In this document: positions 1 to 9,868 of the stretch, one piece after another | How the letters are laid out: each line of letters begins with the position of its first letter | Position numbering within the stretch: position 1 is the stretch's first letter | NCBI GenBank assembly: GCA_013166775.1 | Contig: JABLTJ010000022.1 | Coordinates: 1-56,439 of the forward strand | Direction of reading: 5' to 3' | Source: Promethearchaeati archaeon | GTDB lineage: Archaea; Asgardarchaeota; Heimdallarchaeia; Heimdallarchaeales; Heimdallarchaeaceae | DNA: 56,439 bases | Notes under the pieces: generated by a model | Seen by the model: only the letters and a program-made list of their open reading frames with translations | The model's database searches: none | What the model was told of the DNA's origin: nothing | Position numbers and translations under genes: made by a program

Positions 1-3000
1 GTCTTTATTACAGTTCAATATAATGATTATAGGGCAAACTACACTGATGAGTATGTTTCAGATGTTTTTGTTTTAGAAGTAAGCGCACCTAAAACGGTAA
101 TTCAAATTAATTCAGCAGATAATTCAATCTATACTTATCATACCGCATTATTCAATTTTGATTTCTTTGATACAAATCATTCAATAGATTTAACAGGGGC
201 TGTAGTTGATGTGTGGTTTAATGTTACGGATGTTTCTGCAATTGTAACTCCTAGCGGTAGTTCTTATCAGGTAGAAATTACAAGTAATAATCCTTACACT
301 ATTGGCATATCTGTCTACATAAATGTAACAAAAACCAACTATGAATCCATCAACAACTATTTGCTTGGTGAAATAAATGTAGTCATAATTCAAACGGAAA
401 TAGTATCCATTGATGTTCCTTCTGATATGTATGATGGTTACAATACTTCAGTAATAATCCTATTCAATGATACAGATAATGTTGAAACAATAGATGGAGC
501 TTATCTAGAGAGCATTGTAACAAATTCAACTAGTTTTGTAAACATCAGTATTGTTGAACTGGGAGGAGGTCAATATAATATCACTTTCATTAATTATGAT
601 ATAGCTGTTTTCTGGTTGGACATGAATATTACGCTTGCAAAACCTGGGTATTACAATGCAGTAATACGAATAACCATAAAGATCATTGTTGTCCAAACGG
701 ATTCCGAGCTCTTGGATAGTAGTTCTGTTTCTATTTATTACGATACGGGTACAACATTCGATATTTTATATTGGGACAATATTTCCTTCGTGAATATCAC
801 CAATCCTCAAGTATTCTTCTCAGGCAATTTAACAGGTGTAGTTACTCCTAGTTATAGTTTCTTGGATAATATTACCACAATAACGATTCTCACTATAACT
901 GACTTGGGATATTATGAGCTGAACATAACTATTGTTAAACCAGGATTCGAACCTCAGATAATATCTGTTTATATTCTTGTTCAAGAAAGGCAAACTTCAG
1001 TAGATTCCGATGAGACGGATATAACATTCTATGCTGATTTGACGGATAATATACTGTTAAATTATACGGATGAATTGGATGAAGTATCAATCCTAGTTGC
1101 TACTGTAGATATTGATTTTGCAGCTGATAATAGTACATTAATTGTCCAAGATTATTTCAATATTAATTTAGTCGAAGTTGGATCATTATATGAAATTACA
1201 TTTGATCCAATTGAGAATATGGCAACTGGTTATGTGTTTATATTTAATATGACAATCAGTAAATATGGATATGTAACAAACTTCATTATAATTACTGTAA
1301 CAATCAATATTCACCCTACAGATATTGATCCCTCTTCAACTTCCCAAGATACTGTTTATACTGATGAAGATGGTGAATTCACAATAATTTATGAAACAAT
1401 TGAAGATGATTTCATCAGTGGTGCTGAAATGAGTTACATTCTCATTAATGGTACATCTGCTGAAATAGAGGATGTTGTTCTAACTCAAATAATCGATACA
1501 TATGTAATCTATGTTTACATTAGCAGTAGTATAATTCCTGAACTGAGTTTTGAAATCGAGCTTACTTTTTATAAATATGGTTTCGAAAATCAAACTTGGA
1601 TTATTCTAATAACTGTAGCTATTCATCCAACAGATATTGATCCCTCTTCAACTTCCCAAGATACTGTTTATACAGATGAAGATGGTGAATTCACAATAAT
1701 TTATGAAACAATTGAAGATGATTTCATCAGTGGTGCTGAAATGAGTTATTCCCTTCTTAATGGTACATCTGCTGAAATAGAGGACGTTGTTCTAACTCAA
1801 ATAATCGATTCATATGTAATCTATGTTTACATTAGCAGTAGTATAGTTCCCGAACTGAGTTTTGAAATCGAGCTTACTTTTTATAAACATGGTTTCGAAA
1901 ATCAAACTTGGATTATTCTAATAACTGTAGCTATTCATCTAACAGATATTGATCCCTCTTCAGATAATCAAGATACTATTTATACTGATGGAGTTGGCAA
2001 TTATACAATAATCTATGAAACAATTGAGGATGATTTCATCAGTGGTGCTGAAATGAGTTATATTCTCATTAATGGTACTTCAATGGATATAGAGAATGTT
2101 GCTCTTTCTCAAATACTTGGCTCATATGTTGTTGATATTTATATTAACAGTAGTATAGTTCCTGTTACGAGTTTTCTAATCGAGCTTACATTCTACAAGC
2201 ATGGTTATGAGAACCAAACTTGGATAATAACAATAAATATCATTAACCACCCAACAGATATTGATCCCTCTTCAGATAATCAAGATACAATAAATACTGA
2301 AGAAGATGGTGAATTCACAATAGTCTACGAGACTGAAGAAGGAGATTTCATCAGTGGTGCTGAACTTAGTTACATTCTCATTAATGGTACTTCAATGGAT
2401 ATAGAGAATGTTGCTCTTTCTCAAATACTTGATTCATATATTGTTTCTGTTTATATTAACAGTAGTATAGTTCCTGTTACGAGTTTTCTAATCGAGCTTA
2501 CATTCTACAAGCATGGTTTTGAGAACCAAACTTGGATAATAACATTAACTGTAGCGATTCATCCCACTTCAATTGATCCCTCAGAAGATCAAGATACTAT
2601 TTATGCTGATGAAGATGGCGAATTCACAATAGTCTACGAGACTGAAGAAGGAGATTTCATCACAGGAGCTGAAATGGAATACAACATTATTAACGGTACT
2701 TCAGCTGAAATTTTATTAATCACTTATTCTCCAATTACTGATTATTACCTAATTTTCATCAACTTTGATGAATCTCTAGTAGCTGGGAAAAACTTCTCTA
2801 TTGAGCTTATCTTCTACAAACATGGTTTTCAGAATCAAACATGCATCATTAACATCAACGTTCTTCCTAAAATTACTTATGATATTATTTTGGAAATTGT
2901 AGGTGAATTAAGGCAATTAAACACAATTCAATTCCAAATAACATTAAGTAATTTTAGTATCGATTTATTAACAGCTTTATCATTCGAAAATATTAAGTTC

Positions 3001-4062
3001 TATACTAATCCAAATGGAGATTTTGCTTTGATAACATATATATTCACATTTGCAAATGGAACTACGAAAGAATATCAAATTCAAGCAGAATTTCAACAGA
3101 TTTCAGAAGGTGTTTTTGTAGCACTAACTAGTGAAATAACGATACCATGGCGTGTGACTGAAGTTTCGTATATTGCAACATACACTCCCACTAGTCAATC
3201 AGTGATATCAATTGAATCAACAAGTATTTCAGAAAGCTTGACTCAAAATCCCAAAATCTTGGAACTTCTATCATACATGTTTACTGAATTTACACCTTAC
3301 ATGGCTGCTGCCTTAGCAGTTATTGCAGCAGTATTCATAAGCTTGACAATATTCTTTGGAGTTATAAGACCTAGAAAACAAAAAAGAAGTGCTAAGAAAC
3401 GTGGTTATCTTGATAAAATTTCTAAGATACTTGCAAGTGTTATATCTATGAGGAAAGTCATTGTTGTTCATAATGAAACTGGATTACCTGTTTACGAATG
3501 GGATCTCGGTGGAGAAATTTCTGTTGATTCTTCATTAGTTTCTGGTTTCTTACAAGCTGTTTCAGGTATGGGTGGTGAGATAAGTGGAGGAGAAGTTGGT
3601 GCAGTAAGAAAAATTGATTATGGTCAATTCTGCGTTTCTAGTGCAGGAACAGATTGTATTACAACCTATCTATTTAGTACTGGTGATATTTCAGCTGATG
3701 TTGAAATAGGTTTAGCAAGCTTTGTTGAATGGTTTGAAAAGAAATTCCATGATCTTGTTAGCACAACATGGGATGGTAAAACTGAAGAATTTCTATCAAA
3801 TGAAAGATCAATAATTGATACATTATCTGAAAATCTATTTGTTTGGACATTACATCCACTTTCTGTTAATACAGTAAAAGAAAAAGATGTCCTAAAATTG
3901 GGCACATTTAGTCAGAAATTATACAAATTCATTAAAGATTATAATGAAGTATCAATAAGTGTAGCTCTAGAATTCTTCGGTAAACAACCTATGGAAGAGA
4001 CACTTTCAAAAATATTTGAAATGGTTGATGCTAATATTCTACTGCGTAAGAGATTAAGGTAA
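1..4062 (+). CDS. Large single-pass cell-surface protein, 5'-truncated: extracellular beta-rich (Ig-like) repeats, TM helix, cytoplasmic longin/roadblock-like domain and probable C-terminal winged helix
   Basis: Frame 1 is open from base 1 with no stop before the listed 211 start, so the true start lies outside the window. It has many N-x-S/T sequons, 104-aa repeats, a hydrophobic helix (YMAAALAVIAAVFISLTIFFGVI, ~3298-3366) followed by a basic patch (RPRKQKRSAKKR), then VIVVHNETGLPVY...DSSLVSGFLQAV...VRKIDYG. Confidence 0.8.
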   Translation, partial: VFITVQYNDYRANYTDEYVSDVFVLEVSAPKTVIQINSADNSIYTYHTALFNFDFFDTNHSIDLTGAVVDVWFNVTDVSAIVTPSGSSYQVEITSNNPYTIGISVYINVTKTNYESINNYLLGEINVVIIQTEIVSIDVPSDMYDGYNTSVIILFNDTDNVETIDGAYLESIVTNSTSFVNISIVELGGGQYNITFINYDIAVFWLDMNITLAKPGYYNAVIRITIKIIVVQTDSELLDSSSVSIYYDTGTTFDILYWDNISFVNITNPQVFFSGNLTGVVTPSYSFLDNITTITILTITDLGYYELNITIVKPGFEPQIISVYILVQERQTSVDSDETDITFYADLTDNILLNYTDELDEVSILVATVDIDFAADNSTLIVQDYFNINLVEVGSLYEITFDPIENMATGYVFIFNMTISKYGYVTNFIIITVTINIHPTDIDPSSTSQDTVYTDEDGEFTIIYETIEDDFISGAEMSYILINGTSAEIEDVVLTQIIDTYVIYVYISSSIIPELSFEIELTFYKYGFENQTWIILITVAIHPTDIDPSSTSQDTVYTDEDGEFTIIYETIEDDFISGAEMSYSLLNGTSAEIEDVVLTQIIDSYVIYVYISSSIVPELSFEIELTFYKHGFENQTWIILITVAIHLTDIDPSSDNQDTIYTDGVGNYTIIYETIEDDFISGAEMSYILINGTSMDIENVALSQILGSYVVDIYINSSIVPVTSFLIELTFYKHGYENQTWIITINIINHPTDIDPSSDNQDTINTEEDGEFTIVYETEEGDFISGAELSYILINGTSMDIENVALSQILDSYIVSVYINSSIVPVTSFLIELTFYKHGFENQTWIITLTVAIHPTSIDPSEDQDTIYADEDGEFTIVYETEEGDFITGAEMEYNIINGTSAEILLITYSPITDYYLIFINFDESLVAGKNFSIELIFYKHGFQNQTCIININVLPKITYDIILEIVGELRQLNTIQFQITLSNFSIDLLTALSFENIKFYTNPNGDFALITYIFTFANGTTKEYQIQAEFQQISEGVFVALTSEITIPWRVTEVSYIATYTPTSQSVISIESTSISESLTQNPKILELLSYMFTEFTPYMAAALAVIAAVFISLTIFFGVIRPRKQKRSAKKRGYLDKISKILASVISMRKVIVVHNETGLPVYEWDLGGEISVDSSLVSGFLQAVSGMGGEISGGEVGAVRKIDYGQFCVSSAGTDCITTYLFSTGDISADVEIGLASFVEWFEKKFHDLVSTTWDGKTEEFLSNERSIIDTLSENLFVWTLHPLSVNTVKEKDVLKLGTFSQKLYKFIKDYNEVSISVALEFFGKQPMEETLSKIFEMVDANILLRKRLR
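1309..2865 (+). repeat. Five tandem intragenic repeats of ~312 bp (104 aa)
   Basis: Units start at 1309, 1621, 1933, 2245 and 2557 (IHPTDIDPSS...FYKHGFENQTW), exactly 312 bp apart. Units 1 and 2 are near-identical in DNA. Confidence 0.95.
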
Positions 4063-4102
4063 ACCAGTTACTTTAAAAACCAATAATTTCCTTTTTTTTG
4101 TT

Positions 4103-4828
4103 ATGAATGATACATCTAGCTGGAATAACTATTGTATACTATTCGATATGGATGGTGTTCTTATTAGTCTCAAAGCTAGATGGATTGATCCTGTAGAACA
4201 AATTATTGAGAAAATCCATCCAGATTTTGATAGAAACAAAATTGCTCAACATGCTCCTTCTCTTATGCTTATCCATGGTGGTCGAAGTGCTAATATCATG
4301 TTTAAAGGTATTCTGGAAATCTGCAAAATAGGAGGTCTCTCAAAATTTCAAACATTTAGAGTACTAGTAAGATTGTTTTTTTCAATCCTCTCAAAAAAGA
4401 AATGGCCAATAGTTCCATTTGAAGGGACATTTGTAACTCTCAAACAACTAAGAGAGATGGATTTCAATTTAGCATTGATTACTTCTGCCTCCAGATATAC
4501 TCTCAGAAGAGTAAAAAGGGAATATCCTTCAATCTATGGTGCGTTTGATTGCATAGTAACAAGAAATGATGTTCGTTTTACAAAACCATCACCTGAACAA
4601 ATTCTTATTGCCCTTGAAAAACTAAGCATTCAAAATGAAAATTCTGTTGTCGTTGGTGATTTCATGAGTGACATACAGGCAGGGAAAAATGTTGGAACAA
4701 AAACTATAGGCGTACTAAGTGAATTTACTGAAATAAGTCAATCTTATATAGAAAGTACAAATCCCGATTTGATCGTATCAAGTATAACTGAAATTCCTAC
4801 TCTATTACCTAAGGTCTTTTCAGTCTAA
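4103..4828 (+). CDS. HAD-superfamily hydrolase (phosphoglycolate phosphatase-like)
   Basis: Motif I FDMDGVL, motif II ITS, motif III KPSP, motif IV VGDFMSDIQAG. Confidence 0.9.
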   Translation: MNDTSSWNNYCILFDMDGVLISLKARWIDPVEQIIEKIHPDFDRNKIAQHAPSLMLIHGGRSANIMFKGILEICKIGGLSKFQTFRVLVRLFFSILSKKKWPIVPFEGTFVTLKQLREMDFNLALITSASRYTLRRVKREYPSIYGAFDCIVTRNDVRFTKPSPEQILIALEKLSIQNENSVVVGDFMSDIQAGKNVGTKTIGVLSEFTEISQSYIESTNPDLIVSSITEIPTLLPKVFSV

Positions 4829-4891
4829 TATATAATGAAAAAAGAAAAAGATTAAGAAGGAAAACTTCAAAAAGATATTAGAAAGGATGAA

Positions 4892-5371
4892 TTGACTAAG
4901 ATGAAAAAACAGTTTAGATTTCCCGAAAAATGCCTTTACCAATCCACATACGTTTGGCTAGAGGAAATGGGTAGAGGTGTCATCCGTTTGGGAATTACGG
5001 ACTACGCTCAATTCTCACTTGATGATATTATCTCCATTACACTTCCTGAGAAGGGGATCTATATCGAAAAAGATGAAGAGCTTATATCAATTGACTCTAT
5101 AGAAGAAACAATTGTCATCACAGCTCCCATTAGTGGTACCATAGAAGAAATTAATGAAGAACTAAGACAATCACCTGAACTTCTTAATGAAAGTCCATAT
5201 AAAGAGGGATGGATTCTTGAATTGGAAATAGGAGATAACGATGATCTTGATTTATTAATGGATGTGGATGAGGTCCTAGACGCATATCAAGAAGAAATAG
5301 AAGATGAGGAATTAGAAGACGAAGATTTCAAAGAAAACATTGGTGATTACGACCTCGAAAGTGAATTTTAA
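4892..5371 (+). CDS. gcvH: Glycine cleavage system H-protein-like, lacking the lipoyl lysine; acidic C-tail (start may be ATG 4901)
   Basis: LGITDYAQFSLDDI, APISGTIEEINEEL..PELLNESPY.EGW are GcvH hallmarks. The canonical ESVKA motif reads DSIEE. Confidence 0.85.
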   Translation: MTKMKKQFRFPEKCLYQSTYVWLEEMGRGVIRLGITDYAQFSLDDIISITLPEKGIYIEKDEELISIDSIEETIVITAPISGTIEEINEELRQSPELLNESPYKEGWILELEIGDNDDLDLLMDVDEVLDAYQEEIEDEELEDEDFKENIGDYDLESEF

Positions 5372-5406
5372 GGTTAATAGTCACTTTTTTAGATTATATT
5401 TATGCT

Positions 5407-5421
5407 CGAAAGTTTTAAATA
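5407..5421 (+). promoter_or_regulatory. Putative archaeal BRE + TATA box upstream of pheS
   Basis: CGAAA followed by TTTAAATA in the intergenic region, ~140 nt before the pheS start. Confidence 0.5.
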
Positions 5422-5558
5422 AGTTACAAAATACTTTCTAATACCGTAAATTGGGGCGTATCGTGACTTGGAATTTCATTAACTCTTTCTAAAGTGCCCG
5501 ACAACAACAACTTAAAGGTAATTAGTTTTTTATATCAATATTTTAGGATTGTTAGACA

Positions 5559-7049
5559 ATGAGTAGTGTAAAGAAGAAAATTTCGTTAGCACCAGAAGTA
5601 GTAAAACTCTATAAAGAAATTAGCTTAAAGGACGAAATATCGATAGATGAATTGAAGAACATCACAAAGCTAGATCATGGGAAACTAGAATATCTACTTG
5701 GAGCTCTAACTTCAAATAATCTTGTTGAAAGGATTATAGAAGTTAAGAAAAAAGTTCTCTTAACTGAAGCAGGTGAAATTGCAGCTGCAAATCAATTAGT
5801 AGAACGCAGGATTCTTTCTGCTTTAAAAGAAAATCAACCAATTAATTCTTCTGATCTTTCAAAAATATTAGATTGTGATAATAGGGAATTGAATGCTGGG
5901 ATTGGTTATCTGAAAAAACAGGGAATGATTGACATTGTTCAAGGACAGATATCTTTTTCTCAAAAAGAGGTAGAAGTTAGCACGGATATACAGGAAATTT
6001 TAGTTGAACTGTCCAAAGGAAACGAAGTAGATATTCAGAATTATGAAAAAACATTGCTTCAAAGAAGTTTAATAACAATTGAAGATGAGAAAAAAATAAT
6101 CGTTAAAACAATTGTCAAGTTTGAAGAAATGAAAAAGAATATAGTTGAAACATCTGATATCAGTAGATTAACTCCAGAAATGATTAGAAATGGCACCTGG
6201 AGAAAAACAAAATTGCGAGAATATAATCTAGATGTTTCTCCACCTGAATTCTTTACTGGCAGAAAACAACCTTATGCTAGATTTTTGGATGAAGTTAAAC
6301 AGAAATTAGTTGCCTATGGATTTCAAGAAATGCGAGGTCCTATTGTGGAGCTAGAATACTGGAATTTTGACGCTCTATTTCAGGCTCAAGATCATCCAGC
6401 GAGAGAATGGTCAGATGTATATAGAATTACTAATCCTAGTAAAGGAAAATTACCAAAAGAAAATCATGTTAAATTTGTTCAGAAGGCTCATGAAGACGGC
6501 TATGATACTGGAAGCAAAGGATGGAGATACAAGTGGGATCCGATGAAGAGTGCCCGTTTGGTTCTCAGAGCTCAAGGAACTTCTGTGAGTGCAAGAACTC
6601 TTGTAGATTTACCAATCCCTTCAAAGTATTTTAGTATCTCTCGATGCTTTAGACCTGATACAACAGATGCTACACATCTATCAGAATTTAACCAAGCTGA
6701 AGGAATTGTTTGTGATCCTTCTATTACATTTCGAGATTTATTAGGTATTCTCGAAACTTTTGCAATTGAAATATCTGAAGCACCAAATTATACATTCAAA
6801 CCAGATTACTACCCATTCACAGAACCATCAGTGGAATTAAGTGTTAAGGATCCTAAAATTGGACATATAGAATATGGTGGAGCTGGAATATTTCGACCTG
6901 AAGTAACAAGGCCATTTGGCATTGATGCTCCAGTAATTGCTTGGGGTTTAGGTGTGGACAGATTATTCATGGTCAAATATGGAATAACCGACATTAGGGA
7001 ACTTTATAGCTATAAGTTAGATTGGCTGCGATCAGCTAGGATGTCGTGA
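5559..7049 (+). CDS. pheS: Phenylalanine--tRNA ligase alpha subunit (archaeal/eukaryotic long type)
   Basis: WNFDALFQAQDHPAR, FRPDTTDATHLSEFNQAEG, YYPFTEPSVE, GAGIFRPEV, AWGLGVDRL. Confidence 0.98.
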   Translation: MSSVKKKISLAPEVVKLYKEISLKDEISIDELKNITKLDHGKLEYLLGALTSNNLVERIIEVKKKVLLTEAGEIAAANQLVERRILSALKENQPINSSDLSKILDCDNRELNAGIGYLKKQGMIDIVQGQISFSQKEVEVSTDIQEILVELSKGNEVDIQNYEKTLLQRSLITIEDEKKIIVKTIVKFEEMKKNIVETSDISRLTPEMIRNGTWRKTKLREYNLDVSPPEFFTGRKQPYARFLDEVKQKLVAYGFQEMRGPIVELEYWNFDALFQAQDHPAREWSDVYRITNPSKGKLPKENHVKFVQKAHEDGYDTGSKGWRYKWDPMKSARLVLRAQGTSVSARTLVDLPIPSKYFSISRCFRPDTTDATHLSEFNQAEGIVCDPSITFRDLLGILETFAIEISEAPNYTFKPDYYPFTEPSVELSVKDPKIGHIEYGGAGIFRPEVTRPFGIDAPVIAWGLGVDRLFMVKYGITDIRELYSYKLDWLRSARMS

Positions 7050-7058
7050 GGTGAAATA

Positions 7059-8753
7059 ATGGTATCTATAAAAGCAAGTTATACAAAAATTCAGGAATTC
7101 CTAGGAAAAGAATTATCACTGGAAGAACTAGAAGAGCTGCTATCATTCGCAAAAACAGAGATTGATGATTACGTCAAAGAGGAAGACATGCTTGTCCTTG
7201 ATATTAAGACGAGTAATCGTCCTGATCTTTGGTGTGCTGAAGGAATGATTAGAGAAATAAAAGGAATTTTGGATATGGAAAAAGGCATTCCTTCTTATGA
7301 AGTGAAAGAAAGTGGTTTCAGTGTCAAAGTGGATTCATCATTAGCTTCATCTCGACCTTATATCGCTTGTGCAATAGCAAAGAAAATTAATTTAGATGAT
7401 TTCTATATTAAGCAACTAATGCAGCATTCCGAGAAAATAGATAATTCTTATGGTAGAAAGAGAAAACGGTCATCTATTGGAATGTATAATCTTTCAATGA
7501 TTCAAAGCCCCGTACTTTATCAAACAGCTCAGAAATCTCATAAATTCACTCCTCTTGGGTATGAAAAAGAAATGACCTTAGATAAAATTCTTAATGAGCA
7601 TGAAAAAGGGCAGGAATTTGGTCAAATAGTCAAAGATTATGGTATCTATCCCATCTTATTGTCTGCAGATGGAATGACACTATCTTTACCTCCTGTGATT
7701 AACAGCAATGATGTAGGAAGAATTACTGAAGATACAACTGAATGTTTAATCGAAGTTACTGGCACCAATTTCGAGACAGTTAATGTAGTTCTGAATATCT
7801 TATGTCAAACAATGGCTGATCATGGAGCAGATATCTATAGTGTTGTTATCGAATATCCACCTGAAATTCATAAAGAGCAAGTTATTACTCCTATACTAGA
7901 ACTTGAAAGTATCATCATAGAACTAGACATAATTGAAAAGTATTTAGATGTAAAAATCAATTCCACAAAAGCAAAGGAACTAATGCAGAAAAGAAGATTT
8001 GAATGTGAGGAATTAGAAGGTAATAAAATCAAAGTAATGATTCCCCCCTATCGAAAAGATATACTACATTGGGTAGATATAGCAGAAGAGATAGTAATAG
8101 CGTTAGATTATAATAAAATAGGTCCAACAAAATGGAAAGTACTAACAACAGGAGGTCTCCTTCCAGAAACAGAAAGCGAAAATCTTGTACGAGAAATTTT
8201 AGTGGGTGCTTATGGCATCGAATTGGTTACAAATATACTTACAGATCCTAGTATTCTGACTAGCAATGTTAACCTCGACAAGCAAGAACTGATAAAAATT
8301 GAAAATCCAGTCAGTCAAACATATAGTGTTTTAAGAAATCAGCTCTTTCCCAATTTGGTAAATGTAATTTCAAAAAATACTCACGAATCCTATCCTCAGA
8401 TTATTTTTGAGGTTGGTGAAGTAGTAAGAATGGATAAGAATGATGTCTGGACTCAAACCAATGCTGCTTTTTGTATTGCAGATGCAGATGCTAGTTTTGA
8501 AGATGCTCATAAAAGACTTCATCATCTTATGAAACTGTTAAACACTGAATATAAGATTGAAAGCACAACTCACCCTTCCTTTACAGATGGACGATGTGGA
8601 ATAATAAGTATCAAAGATATCCAATGCGGAATTATTGGAGAAATTAATCCACTTATACTTGAGAAGAATCAAATTTGGGTACCTTTAGTTTGTTTTGAAG
8701 TAGAATTACCTAGCATTCCAACTCTTAACTGTAAAACAAAGAAGACTTACTAG
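7059..8753 (+). CDS. pheT: Phenylalanine--tRNA ligase beta subunit
   Basis: NRPDLWCAEG, SLPPVINS, YRKDILHWVDIAEE, IFEVGEV; directly downstream of pheS. Confidence 0.97.
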   Translation: MVSIKASYTKIQEFLGKELSLEELEELLSFAKTEIDDYVKEEDMLVLDIKTSNRPDLWCAEGMIREIKGILDMEKGIPSYEVKESGFSVKVDSSLASSRPYIACAIAKKINLDDFYIKQLMQHSEKIDNSYGRKRKRSSIGMYNLSMIQSPVLYQTAQKSHKFTPLGYEKEMTLDKILNEHEKGQEFGQIVKDYGIYPILLSADGMTLSLPPVINSNDVGRITEDTTECLIEVTGTNFETVNVVLNILCQTMADHGADIYSVVIEYPPEIHKEQVITPILELESIIIELDIIEKYLDVKINSTKAKELMQKRRFECEELEGNKIKVMIPPYRKDILHWVDIAEEIVIALDYNKIGPTKWKVLTTGGLLPETESENLVREILVGAYGIELVTNILTDPSILTSNVNLDKQELIKIENPVSQTYSVLRNQLFPNLVNVISKNTHESYPQIIFEVGEVVRMDKNDVWTQTNAAFCIADADASFEDAHKRLHHLMKLLNTEYKIESTTHPSFTDGRCGIISIKDIQCGIIGEINPLILEKNQIWVPLVCFEVELPSIPTLNCKTKKTY

Positions 8754-8770
8754 TTTTAGGATTCACTTAA

Positions 8771-9724
8771 CTAGCTTTTCTCCTTCCCTTTTTCCAATTT
8801 TTCAAGTTCTATGATTCTATCCCATATTAAATCCATCATTTTACCAATAGCTTTACTGCTAATGGAGGTTTCTATCATATGTAAACCTAATTTTGTAGCT
8901 TCCTCTACAAGGTATGTTTGTATGTTTCTAATCTCAGAAAATGCTGAAATATATCTATCAGCACTTCGTTTTACTATTGATGAACCTCTAGTTCGAATTC
9001 TTGTAGAATGTTCCTCTTCATCTTCTAAATAAAGAAGGAACATCAAAATATGTGGATTTTCAAGAATTGAGGATTGAAGAATATTTGGTGCTAAATGCAC
9101 ACCTTCTATAATCGTACTCTCTCTTGAGTATAGAGCTGATTGAATTGCTGCTTCTACACCTACTATTATGTGTCTACACTGTTCTTCGTAACCTACTATT
9201 GACTGCCTTAAAATCGGATTCAGTTTTGATTTGAGATATTTATAAGCATCATAGCTACTACAATGGAGTTCAGGTACTAATTTTGGAGAAATTGTCTGCC
9301 GAAGAATCTCTCTGATCATATCAGTTCCTATAATGCTTGATATTTCCAATCTTTGAGAAAGACGGGATGATATTGTGCTTTTTCCTATCCCTGGAACTCC
9401 TGCAAGTAGTATAACGATTGGTTTGTAATTTCCATCTCCTTCATGGATTTTGTATCTCTCTGCTAATCGTCTGTCAATCTTCTCGATTTCATCAGTTATT
9501 GTTTTAATGAGTTTTTTTCTTGGAACAGGGTCCTCTAATTCTCCCATTGTCTGTTCTACGTGATTTGCTATTTCCATTGCTGAATTTGCATTCATTCCAA
9601 TTGAATATAAAGAAGAAGAAAGTATTCCTTTAGAGAAATATTCAATTTTATCTTTTCCTCTTCGAATCTTCAAAAAACTACTGGAAACATTGCTATTCAT
9701 TAATAATAGGATAGGATAACTCAT
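8771..9724 (-). CDS. 2-phosphoglycerate kinase family protein (ATP-cone-like N-terminus + P-loop)
   Basis: YFSKGILSSSL N-terminus, LAGVPGIGKST, IGTDMIREILR, PELHCSSYDA, IIEGVHLAP. Confidence 0.85.
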   Translation of the reverse strand: MSYPILLLMNSNVSSSFLKIRRGKDKIEYFSKGILSSSLYSIGMNANSAMEIANHVEQTMGELEDPVPRKKLIKTITDEIEKIDRRLAERYKIHEGDGNYKPIVILLAGVPGIGKSTISSRLSQRLEISSIIGTDMIREILRQTISPKLVPELHCSSYDAYKYLKSKLNPILRQSIVGYEEQCRHIIVGVEAAIQSALYSRESTIIEGVHLAPNILQSSILENPHILMFLLYLEDEEEHSTRIRTRGSSIVKRSADRYISAFSEIRNIQTYLVEEATKLGLHMIETSISSKAIGKMMDLIWDRIIELEKLEKGKEKS

Positions 9725-9868
9725 CTAAAAATGTAACTTTTGGGAAAGCAAGAATAACTATGAAGATAAATAAGGTAAAGTGGGTGATTTATATGATATA
9801 TACATTCTTCATTAAAACGCAAAAATTCTTAATGGTGGTGTAACTAATATATTTCATGTGATTAACCG

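Noticed and set aside
211-213. GTG 211 as the true start of the giant protein
   Set aside because: The reading frame is open to base 1 with the same composition, and there is no signal peptide at 211.
1309-2865. CRISPR array or DGR template/variable repeats
   Set aside because: The repeats are in-frame 312-bp coding units without spacers, differences are not adenine-specific, and there is no reverse transcriptase or cas gene.
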